From Mycobacterium phage Rosebush, in the sequence record NC_004684.1: DNA of 32,000 bases; one strand, 5' to 3'. The translations under genes and the position numbers were made by a program. The notes under the pieces are model-generated. The model was not told where the DNA came from. It saw only the letters and a program-made list of their open reading frames with translations, and searched no databases. Shown piece by piece: positions 24,901 to 32,000 of this stretch. Position 1 is the first letter of the stretch; each line of letters starts with the position of its first letter.

Positions 24901-27594
24901 CCCATCAAGCCGCGCCATCGTGGCTACGAGATGGCCGCCGCCGCGATCAGCGCGCTGGGCGGCGACCCCGAGAAGTTCCTCGGTGCCGACCCGGCCACGC
25001 TTCCGGTGTCCCAGGGCGGCATCCTGCCCAACCCGGTCGCGCTCAGCGCCGGTGCAGCTGGAGGCGGCATCGACGTGGCGCAGCTCCAGAAGTTCGCGCG
25101 CACCGGCAACGTGGCCGACCTCCCGGCAGGCATGTCGCTCAACGACCCGGTGGTCACCGCCATCACCAGCGCGCGCAACAAGAAAAAGGGCATGGGTGCC
25201 GACGCCATCTCCGACCTGGTTGGCCAGGCGCTGGCACCGGGTGGCTTCACCGGCACGCTGGACGCGAACAACACCGCGCTGGTGAAGGCGCTGGAGAAGC
25301 TGCGCACCAAGGGCCTTCCGGCCACACCAGGCGGCGGCGGTTCGTCGGCCCTGGCGGCGTATGGCGGCCTCCCCGGTGGCCTTGGCGGCGGCCTGATGGA
25401 CCCGGTCAGCGCCTACGCCGCCGCGCACAGCGGCGGCCAGTACCAATGGGGTGCCTCCGACCTTGCCGCTGGCCTGTCGGACTGCTCCGGTGCCATCAGC
25501 GACCTGGTGGAGCTCATCACCAAGGGCCAGGCGACCGGCGAGCGGCTGTTCTCGACCGCCGACGCCGGGTCGGTGCTCAAGAGCCTCGGCGCGGTGGAAG
25601 GTGCGCTACCCGGAGCGCTCCAGATTGGGTGGGACGCCGGGCACATGCGCGCGACGCTGCCCAACGGTGTGCCGTTCGAGAGCGGCGGCGGTACCGGGCA
25701 GGGCGCGACCTACGGCGGCAACGCGCGTGGCGCAGCTGGCATGCCCAACATCATGAGCCTGCCGGTCAACGGTGTGTACGGCGCGATCCCCGGCCTGGCG
25801 TCCGGCTCCACCGGCGGCACGCCGGTGTTCGTCACCAACTGGCCGGGTGGCGGCCAGAACGGCATCGGCGGCCAGATGCTCGGCGGCCTGTTCAACGGCC
25901 TCGGCCAGGCCGGGCAGAACGTCAGCGGTGACCTGCTGTCCGGCATCAGCGCGCTCTCGCCGAACATCGGCAACAAGGTGCCCAACGCCGAGCTGGCCAA
26001 GCTGGTGCGCGAAGGCAACCCGCTGGCGCTCCTGGCGGCGGCCGGGTTCAACGTGCCGGACTTCACCAAGCAAGGCGGCCAGGGCGGCGAGTTCGAGGCC
26101 AACACCTCGGCGTACGACTCCAGCGGTCGCCTGATCTCCAACACCTCGGCGCTGTCCGACCGCACCAGCACCTCGCTGGCCGCGCAGATCGAGGACATGA
26201 AGAAACAGCTGGTCTCCGTGGTGGACCAGGTGAGCGACAAGCTCAGCGAGGACGCGCTCAAGCCGATCATGGAGTCGGCCATCCAGGCGGGCCTGGAAGG
26301 CCTCAAGGATTCGGTGACCTCGGCCATCGGTACGCAGCTCGGCCAGGCCGCCGGGCCGCCGATTGCCGACGCGGTGCGCTCGGCCATTCCGTCGGGCAAC
26401 GGCACCGGCAACGTCGGCGGCGATCTGGCCAACGCCGCCACCGGCGCGCTGGCAGCGGGGTTCGCCGCCGGTGGCCCGGTGTACGGCGGCACGCCTGGCC
26501 GCGACAGCGTGCCCGCCATGCTCATGCCTGGCGAGCACGTGCTGACCACCGCTGACGTGTCGCGCCTGGGCGGTCAGGCCGGGGTGTACGCGTTCCGGCG
26601 CGCCCTGGCGCGCGGCGGTGTGCGCGGGTTCGCCACCGGCGGCGGCGTCATCGCCAACGACACCGTCGGCGCGGAGTTCTTCGGGGTGTCGGAGGTGCCG
26701 ATCCTCGGGGCCATCGTCAACCTGCTGGTGCGCGTGCTGCTCAAGGTGCTCGGCGTCGAAATCGAGGCCCGCGACACCCTGATGGAGATGACCGACGACT
26801 TCCGGCAGTTCCGGGGTGACTTCAAGGCGTTCGACGCCACGGGCCGGTTGATGAACGACACCAGCGCGCTGGTGGACCGGTCGAGCACCAGCGAGCAGGA
26901 GGCGGCGCAGGAGCGCATTCGCATCCTGAAAATCGTCATTGAAGCGCTCATCAAGTACATCATCGAGAAGGTCATCGTCCCGATTGCCAAGGCGGTGGCC
27001 AACGCCGCCATCCAGGCCGGTGCGAGCGCGGCGGGCGCGGCGATCAACAGCCAGGCACCGGGTGCCGGTGGCATTGTGTCCAGCCTCATCTCCAGCGCCG
27101 GGTCCGCAGGCGTGGACATCGCCGCCCAGATCGGTACCGACTTTGCGCTGGCCGTTGCCGGGACGCTGATCGACGTGCTGGGCGATTCGATCACCAGCTA
27201 CGGCGGCGACCTGGCCACGGCGATCTTTGGCGGCGGTGCGATCCAGAGCCTTCTCATCGGGCCGCTGACCGCGATCACCGATCCCATCCTGTCGGCGTTC
27301 GGCACGGTGACCGGGCTGATCAGCACCCTGTTCGGTGGCCTGCTCGGTGCGGCCAGCTTTGACGACGGCGGTATCGCCGTGGGCACCGGCATGATGCCCA
27401 AGGCCACCATCGCGCCGGAGCGCGTGCTCAACCCGACGCAGACGCATCTCTTTGACCGCATGGTGGCGGCATTGGAGCGCGGTGCCACCACCGGCGGTGA
27501 CAAGCGTATTGAGGTCCATGCGCCGATTACAGTGAACGGCGGGCCAGAGGCTGGCAAGGACGTGCGCAGCCGCCTGCTGGAGCTAATCGACTAG
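21946..27594 (+). CDS. Tape measure protein (1882 aa)
   Basis: Very long ORF, coiled N-terminus, Gly/Ala-rich hydrophobic segments, paired GRDSVPAMLMPGEHVLTTADV motifs, C-terminal APERVLNPTQTHLFDRMV. Confidence 0.95.
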   Translation: MTTAGSINLGVDIDASDLRGELTRAVQEAMGPVLADLNRDMRNSQRQAQSGYRDTARAANDSANQQRLAAQRVQRGIHGITEEHRRATAAATAFGLAQVASLRDGTRAINAQARAWDRLAAAKARAAAVPNPDAPRGPPPGTGGGGGGGGRAGGGRAGGVGGFLTSPLGLNAIAVGAAAIPPALQAGSLAAANLLGAIQQLTQAGLALPGVFAGIATSVGTAVFGFKGLGEAVTALWEAAASGDPKDLEKAAEALKDMAPAAQDVAKAVAGTRDRFVDLRKEVQQNMFEGVAGDFNTLVDRQFPAVQAGLAKTSKAWNSTIRELLRVGASDKVTGFLDRIFGNTAEGQKRANAAIEPLINGLGRLAAVGSDFLPRLGDGLAKLANRFDAFITKAEQSGDLAKWIDEGFRAAANFGESLLNIGKILTDITKAAGGDGGFLKWLRDATTQLHEFLSSDEGQEKLTNFFNEGRQAIAEWKPILQDLISVARQVFDGFRQWGEFMLPVLRTVADLLASMPDSVTAVVTAFLAWKTLSGVTSLLTNLGGIGRGLDSLPGRANTAAGGITRALNKIAVPALLAPLLTGYTDGLVGPDQSVASNLGGGALNIAGGALLGAQFGPWGAALGAMIGAGVTLFQSTKERLDKAKAEWEAQWEEDHNAGPDRPGSTEQQLAAFPELRGTRLPSLYNPDGSLKPSPGQQFADVIGSGKVPGAVINPDGTVTYNGVTIPNFKVPQPGTPTQQPYPLRTAPVQGPQAVPPPKMPVPAVPDIAPSDLGGLLGAKEEVRQLATEITELPEGEVRIKDPSPELLENLNKVDATITKVGENEIQVKADTKKAQAEVDAFVLKYKQQQIQLQISALPPGAVPQGRAFGGAIYGGVPGRDSVPAMLMPGEHVLTTADVARMGGQANVYAFRRALHFADGGEVPGLPTIPGVSDDNTELGVLRQIRDLLAGKTGTGPLVDTAKAVGNIAQDTTQGGSGSATGPFGTPIKPRHRGYEMAAAAISALGGDPEKFLGADPATLPVSQGGILPNPVALSAGAAGGGIDVAQLQKFARTGNVADLPAGMSLNDPVVTAITSARNKKKGMGADAISDLVGQALAPGGFTGTLDANNTALVKALEKLRTKGLPATPGGGGSSALAAYGGLPGGLGGGLMDPVSAYAAAHSGGQYQWGASDLAAGLSDCSGAISDLVELITKGQATGERLFSTADAGSVLKSLGAVEGALPGALQIGWDAGHMRATLPNGVPFESGGGTGQGATYGGNARGAAGMPNIMSLPVNGVYGAIPGLASGSTGGTPVFVTNWPGGGQNGIGGQMLGGLFNGLGQAGQNVSGDLLSGISALSPNIGNKVPNAELAKLVREGNPLALLAAAGFNVPDFTKQGGQGGEFEANTSAYDSSGRLISNTSALSDRTSTSLAAQIEDMKKQLVSVVDQVSDKLSEDALKPIMESAIQAGLEGLKDSVTSAIGTQLGQAAGPPIADAVRSAIPSGNGTGNVGGDLANAATGALAAGFAAGGPVYGGTPGRDSVPAMLMPGEHVLTTADVSRLGGQAGVYAFRRALARGGVRGFATGGGVIANDTVGAEFFGVSEVPILGAIVNLLVRVLLKVLGVEIEARDTLMEMTDDFRQFRGDFKAFDATGRLMNDTSALVDRSSTSEQEAAQERIRILKIVIEALIKYIIEKVIVPIAKAVANAAIQAGASAAGAAINSQAPGAGGIVSSLISSAGSAGVDIAAQIGTDFALAVAGTLIDVLGDSITSYGGDLATAIFGGGAIQSLLIGPLTAITDPILSAFGTVTGLISTLFGGLLGAASFDDGGIAVGTGMMPKATIAPERVLNPTQTHLFDRMVAALERGATTGGDKRIEVHAPITVNGGPEAGKDVRSRLLELID
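24562..24687 (+). repeat. Tape measure internal repeat, copy 1
   Basis: YGGVPGRDSVPAMLMPGEHVLTTADVARMGGQANVYAFRRAL; 38 of 42 residues match copy 2, offset 1920 nt. Confidence 0.9.
25396..25725 (+). other. NlpC/P60-like cysteine peptidase segment inside the tape measure protein
   Basis: YQWGASDLAAGLSDCSGAISDLVELITKG (Cys codon 25483-25485) followed by QIGWDAGHMRATLPNGVPFESGGG (His codon 25642-25644). Confidence 0.6.
26482..26607 (+). repeat. Tape measure internal repeat, copy 2
   Basis: YGGTPGRDSVPAMLMPGEHVLTTADVSRLGGQAGVYAFRRAL. Confidence 0.9.
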
Positions 27595-27602
27595 GAGGCC
27601 CG

Positions 27603-29039
27603 GTGGCGTTTCGCGGGTGGTTTGCCCTCAACGGGGTGGAGCTTGCCAACAGCTCACGCGTGGTGGCGCACCTCGGTGTCGAGGTGCCCACGAGCGACCT
27701 TGGTGTGTTCACCGACCCGTCCGGTGATTGCGGCCTGGTGGAAAGCGAATACGGCCCGGGCACCTTTGAACTCGCGCCGTCGATGACGCAGGTGTCGCCC
27801 GGGCTGTACACCCCGCCCGACGGTGCGCGGCGGTTCGGTCCTGGCCTGCTCCTGGTGGGCGACTCCTGCTGGGCACCGAGCGCGCTGTGCACGCAGGAGT
27901 GCCGGTCGCTGCTCGGCTACGACGACAGTTGGCCCGGCCTGCGCGAGTTCCTGGGCGACACCATCTACCGCCCGGAGCTGGCACCGTGGTACGTCGCCGA
28001 ACAGCCCGAGAGTGCGGAGTTCGGCGGCGTCTGGGTGATGCAGGTCGATGGCCTGGACGTGACACCGGCAGAGCGCGAGATCATGCCGGTGGTCGGCCCC
28101 GGCGGTGTGGCCGGGCCGCCGCGCGACCCGCACCGGGTGGTGCGGTTCGAGGCCTTGCTGGTGGCCTGCACGCACGCAGGCCTCAACTACGGCCTGCAAT
28201 GGCTGGCGTGCAACCTGCGCGAGGCGCACGTGGACAGCACCGCCAGCCTGCGCTACCTGGCCGCCCACCCGGAGCACAGCGCGGTGGACCCGGCCAGCCT
28301 GGTGCGCGAGGCCGCTGGCGTGGTGCTCACGCAGGAGCCGCGCATCATGAACGAGTACGCGCCGGGGTCCAAGCGCAACCAGCAGGCCACCGTCTACCGG
28401 GTGTCCTGGGAGCTGGCCATCCTCTCGCCGTACGCGTACGTGCCGCCGGTTGACCTGGTGGTCGACTGGCATGACATTGTGCGCCAGCCCATCAACTGGA
28501 TCCACGCCGCCGACTGCGCCAAACCTGAGACCTGCGTGGACATGCCGGTCATGTACTCCACCGAGTGCGAGCCGGAAGAAATCGCGGTCACCAACACCCC
28601 GCCACCGGTGTGCGGCGGCTGCCTGCCGGTCGGGGAAATCAGCAAGTACCTGTTCCAGGTGCCGACGATGGACTACCCGTTCCGGTGCCGCGAGACGGCG
28701 GTGACGCAGGTGATTCGCAACGTCGGCGAACACTCCCTGTCGCTCCAGGCTTTCTGGCGCGTCTGCGGCACCGACGTGCGGTGCGAGGACAACCGGTTCC
28801 CGCTCCAGGTCAGCGGCATGCCACCCGGTTCCGAGCTGGTGCTCGACGGTGTGACCGGGCGGTACAAAATGTGGTACGACGAGCGCTGGCGTCTCCCGGT
28901 CGGCATAGTGGGAACACCGAACGGCGCGCCGTGGCGACCGCCGCTGATCGACCGGACGACGTGTTGGGAGTTCGTGGTGCAGACTGCCACAACCTCCGAC
29001 TTCGAGGTGGAGCTGAGCCTGCGCGACCGGGAGGCCTAG
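27603..29039 (+). CDS. Minor tail protein
   Basis: 478 aa, directly downstream of the tape measure; GVWVMQVDGLDVTPAEREIMPV, VRFEALLVACTHAGLNYGLQWLACNLRE. Confidence 0.8.
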   Translation: MAFRGWFALNGVELANSSRVVAHLGVEVPTSDLGVFTDPSGDCGLVESEYGPGTFELAPSMTQVSPGLYTPPDGARRFGPGLLLVGDSCWAPSALCTQECRSLLGYDDSWPGLREFLGDTIYRPELAPWYVAEQPESAEFGGVWVMQVDGLDVTPAEREIMPVVGPGGVAGPPRDPHRVVRFEALLVACTHAGLNYGLQWLACNLREAHVDSTASLRYLAAHPEHSAVDPASLVREAAGVVLTQEPRIMNEYAPGSKRNQQATVYRVSWELAILSPYAYVPPVDLVVDWHDIVRQPINWIHAADCAKPETCVDMPVMYSTECEPEEIAVTNTPPPVCGGCLPVGEISKYLFQVPTMDYPFRCRETAVTQVIRNVGEHSLSLQAFWRVCGTDVRCEDNRFPLQVSGMPPGSELVLDGVTGRYKMWYDERWRLPVGIVGTPNGAPWRPPLIDRTTCWEFVVQTATTSDFEVELSLRDREA

Positions 29040-29041
29040 CT

Positions 29042-30091
29042 GTGATCGTCAGCGATCAGCAGATCGTCAGCATTTCCACCCACCGGGGTGTGCAGCTGAA
29101 CCAGTTCCTGCCCACCGAGCAGATGAGCCTGGCCTGGAGCCGTGAGCTGCGCCAGACCAGCACGTGCGAGCTGGTGGTGCCGACGCAGTTCGCCGCGCAG
29201 CAGTTCCCGAACCTTCAGCCGTGGACGCAGTGGGTCTCGGTGTGGGACGGCAACGGCCAGGACATGCTGTGGCGCGGCCCCATTCAAGGCATCACCGCCG
29301 ACCGCCGACAGCTCACCATCACCAGCTCCGACCCGAGTGCCTACTACCGCAAGACGCGCACGCCGCTGACCAAGCGCTGGGAGGCGGTGGACCTGTCCGT
29401 CCCCGCTGAGGCGTTGTGGCACCAGATGGCCGAGGACAAGGCCATCAACGTCGACCCCATCGTGCGCCCGGACCCGCTGGGCGACCGGTTCGACATCGAC
29501 CTGGTGCGCGACCAGCAGCTGGTGGAACAGGACTTCAATGACCTGGTGCAGAAAGGCCTGCGCTGGTCGGTGGTTGCCGGTGTACCGATTCTGGGGCCGC
29601 TGCCTTACAAGGCGGTGGCCGCACTCGGCGAAGACGACTTCCTAGGCAGCGGCGTGCAGCTGCACCGCGATGGGAGCCAAACCGCCAACGACGTGCTCCT
29701 GCGCGCGGCCGACCAGACCGCGCGTGCGCGCGTCAACGTCGTGGGCCAGAACCTCCAGACCATCGTCAACGCCGACAGCATTTTCGGCGTGTCCAACGCC
29801 GAGAAGGCGGTGCGTCAGTACGTGCGGTACACCGGCACCTACCGGGACACCCTGGTGGTGCCAGAGGATACCCAGCTGCACCCCAACGCGCCGGTCACCA
29901 TCGCGCAGCTCATGCCTTCAGCCCGGTTCCACGTCGAGGCATATGGTTTGCTCTCGCTTATGGAGCTGCGCAGCGTGAAGGTGTCGGTCACCTCCGGTGC
30001 CACCACCGTGGCGGTGTCGATGGACAGCGTGAACGATGACCTGCCCGAGCTGGCCGAGCTACAGCAGAAGACACCGGGGGCGATCCTGTGA
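29042..30091 (+). CDS. Minor tail protein (baseplate/hub-like, resembles the ReqiPepy6 gp37-like class)
   Basis: GTG 29042 to TGA 30091, 349 aa; MIVSDQQIVSISTHRGVQLNQFLPTEQMSLAWSRELRQTSTCELVVP...VWDGNGQDMLWRGPIQGITADRRQLTITSSDPSAYYRKT. Track ORF (28565) starts too early. Confidence 0.75.
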   Translation: MIVSDQQIVSISTHRGVQLNQFLPTEQMSLAWSRELRQTSTCELVVPTQFAAQQFPNLQPWTQWVSVWDGNGQDMLWRGPIQGITADRRQLTITSSDPSAYYRKTRTPLTKRWEAVDLSVPAEALWHQMAEDKAINVDPIVRPDPLGDRFDIDLVRDQQLVEQDFNDLVQKGLRWSVVAGVPILGPLPYKAVAALGEDDFLGSGVQLHRDGSQTANDVLLRAADQTARARVNVVGQNLQTIVNADSIFGVSNAEKAVRQYVRYTGTYRDTLVVPEDTQLHPNAPVTIAQLMPSARFHVEAYGLLSLMELRSVKVSVTSGATTVAVSMDSVNDDLPELAELQQKTPGAIL

Positions 30092-32000
30092 GCCTGGTAC
30101 CGGCCTCCCGGCCACTCACCGACGCCGAATGGGCCCGCAGTGTGGAGCAACGCCTGCGCGAGCTACAGGCACCGCGCAGTGTGCGCGTCGGCCAGTGGGC
30201 GATCAACGCCGTCGGCGGCGAGCTGGTGGCCACCAAACCCGGCGAGTCCATGGTGATCGGGGAGGCGGCCCCCGAACCCACCAAGGTGGCGCTCACACGT
30301 GGCTACGTCAAGCCAGAGGACCTGAGCGGCGCTATCGGCTACGACGACGAGGTCGGGGCACCGGCCACGTCGTTTGACGAGATCAAAGCCTGGTTGCAGG
30401 ACAAGTTTTACGGCGTGGTGGACCCCACGCGCATCCCGGCGCTGCCGTGGCAACACCTGTTCGACGGCGGCGTGGAGCTGCTGACCGACCCCTCGTTCGC
30501 TCAGCCTGGCACGCTCGGCTATGACCCGAGCGTGGGGCGGCTGGCGCTGGGGTCGGTGAAGTTCACCGCCGACGGCTCCGACCAGTCGCGGGTGTCGAAC
30601 CTGATCGAGGTTGTACCCGGTGAGAAGATCGCCGCCCGCGTGTGGGCGTTCTTCGAGGGAGTGACCGCGACGGCGGGCCAGAACGGCATCCGGCTCCAGG
30701 TGCGGGCATACCACCTGGAAGGCGACACGCTCACGCCGGTGGGCACGCCAACGATGCTGGCGGGCATCGCATCGCCGTCCGGGGAGTCCGATGACCACCC
30801 CGACGAGGTGGACGGGTGGGTGCTGCTGTCCGGCACCTACACCGTGCCGTCGGGCACCAACCGGATCGTGCTCGAGCCGATGGTCACCAGCGCGGTGACG
30901 GCAGGCGATGTGTGGTTTGACGACGGCTCGGCGAAGAAGACACCGACCGGCATGCCGCAGGCGTGGACCTTGGACCTGCCCGACGACCTGGACTCGCTGT
31001 GGAACGGCGTGGTCGGCACCGTTGAGACGCTGATGGCGCAGCTGGGCCTGACGCCGACCGGTGAGTTCTGGGACGACCTGTTCGACCTGTCGGACGAAAT
31101 TGCGTGGATCCAGGAACGTGCCGCCGAGGGCTGGCAGGACGCCGCGCAGGCGCTGGAGGACCTTGGCGACCTGGCGCACAACCTGCTCACCAACCCGGCG
31201 GCGGTGCTGGGCCAGATCGGGCAAGGCCTCGTAGAGGGCCTGGAAGACGACCTGGCCGACGCCGGTGACGCCATTGCCGATGTGTTCGACGGCCTCCGGG
31301 ACACCTGGAACCGCATCGTCGGCGGCTACCGCCGTACCTCGGTGACCGGGCAGACCAGCCAGGACGTTGAGGAAATCATGGTGTCGGTCGGCCAGGAAAT
31401 TCTGGTCGCGCAGGAGTCCACCATCACGCTCGCCAACCAGGCCAACGCGCCCAAGAACGTGGCGTACTGGGAGACGCCGAACCCGTTCGAGGACGTGTCA
31501 TTTCCGCGCGCGCTGCTGGTGCCGGAGCCCACGTATGCAGTGTCGGGGACCACGGCCCGCGCGAACCTCGGTTCCCTGCCCGCGAACTGGACCGCGAGCG
31601 TCGCTGATGACGTTGAGGTCCACACGCACAACATCAACAGCCTGACGGCGACGCCAACATGGAACCGTCCGCGCTACACCATCCCCGCCGGGACGCTGGC
31701 ACTGTCGGCGGTGCGGGTGAAACAGGACCGGCTGATCAACATCGCCCGGTTCATCGCCGGTGGCGACACACCGCCGCCGACGGCCCTGTACGTCGGCCTG
31801 TACGCCATCGACCCCGAGACCGGGAACATGGCGCTGGTCCACAACTTTGGCGACATGAAGGGCGACATCGCCACCGGGGCGGGCCTGTATGAGACGCCGT
31901 GCGAGCTGCCCGCCGACGTGCTGGTGGACGCCGGGACGTTGTTCGCGGTCGGCATTCTGCCGGTCGGCGGCTCGTTCTCCGTGGCCGCAATCCGACGCCA
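30088..32000 (+). CDS. Minor tail protein, 3' end beyond the window (partial)
   Basis: GTG 30088 overlaps TGA 30089-30091; 637 uninterrupted codons to the window edge, starting MSLVPASRPLTDAEWARSVEQRLRELQAPRSVRVGQWAIN. Missing from the ORF track, presumably because no stop is reached. Confidence 0.85.
   Translation, partial: MSLVPASRPLTDAEWARSVEQRLRELQAPRSVRVGQWAINAVGGELVATKPGESMVIGEAAPEPTKVALTRGYVKPEDLSGAIGYDDEVGAPATSFDEIKAWLQDKFYGVVDPTRIPALPWQHLFDGGVELLTDPSFAQPGTLGYDPSVGRLALGSVKFTADGSDQSRVSNLIEVVPGEKIAARVWAFFEGVTATAGQNGIRLQVRAYHLEGDTLTPVGTPTMLAGIASPSGESDDHPDEVDGWVLLSGTYTVPSGTNRIVLEPMVTSAVTAGDVWFDDGSAKKTPTGMPQAWTLDLPDDLDSLWNGVVGTVETLMAQLGLTPTGEFWDDLFDLSDEIAWIQERAAEGWQDAAQALEDLGDLAHNLLTNPAAVLGQIGQGLVEGLEDDLADAGDAIADVFDGLRDTWNRIVGGYRRTSVTGQTSQDVEEIMVSVGQEILVAQESTITLANQANAPKNVAYWETPNPFEDVSFPRALLVPEPTYAVSGTTARANLGSLPANWTASVADDVEVHTHNINSLTATPTWNRPRYTIPAGTLALSAVRVKQDRLINIARFIAGGDTPPPTALYVGLYAIDPETGNMALVHNFGDMKGDIATGAGLYETPCELPADVLVDAGTLFAVGILPVGGSFSVAAIRR

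Noticed and set aside
1-32000. CRISPR array, tRNA genes, transposase or IS element, integrase, lysis genes, reverse transcriptase or retron-like element
   Set aside because: No regularly spaced repeats, cloverleaf-like sequence ending in a tRNA T-arm, transposase/integrase motifs, endolysin module or RT motif was recognized. All large ORFs fit phage structural or modification functions.

Overview
This 32 kb, high-GC window is the left and structural part of a tailed (siphovirus-like) actinobacteriophage or prophage genome. At the left end, seven overlapping plus-strand genes encode a ParB-like protein, a DpdA-like (TGT-fold) DNA transglycosylase, QueC, QueD, QueE, FolE and the large terminase. 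This is a complete apparent route from GTP to preQ0 plus an insertion enzyme, with no QueF or amidotransferase visible, so 7-cyano-7-deazaguanine DNA modification is predicted. After it come a divergent reverse-strand DUF6884-like gene and a RuvC-like nuclease, then portal, MuF/protease fusion, capsid, connector genes, three small membrane proteins, major tail protein, two tiny reverse-strand genes, head-tail completion genes, tail chaperone, an 1882-aa tape measure with an embedded NlpC/P60-like segment, and minor tail proteins. The last of these, starting at 30088, runs off the window and is absent from the supplied ORF track. The observations most worth following up are: (1) the modification cassette coupled to terL, with a DpdA C-terminal extension carrying repeated G-P-x-[LI]-H motifs; (2) a homologous C-terminal domain shared by the major capsid and major tail proteins; (3) a 59-bp promoter/hairpin module duplicated at 6.5 and 19.2 kb (57/59 identical) driving reverse-strand genes; (4) TANNNT-N6/7-start architecture suggesting leaderless transcripts at five gene starts. 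Names rest on motif recognition by eye; no database search was possible.
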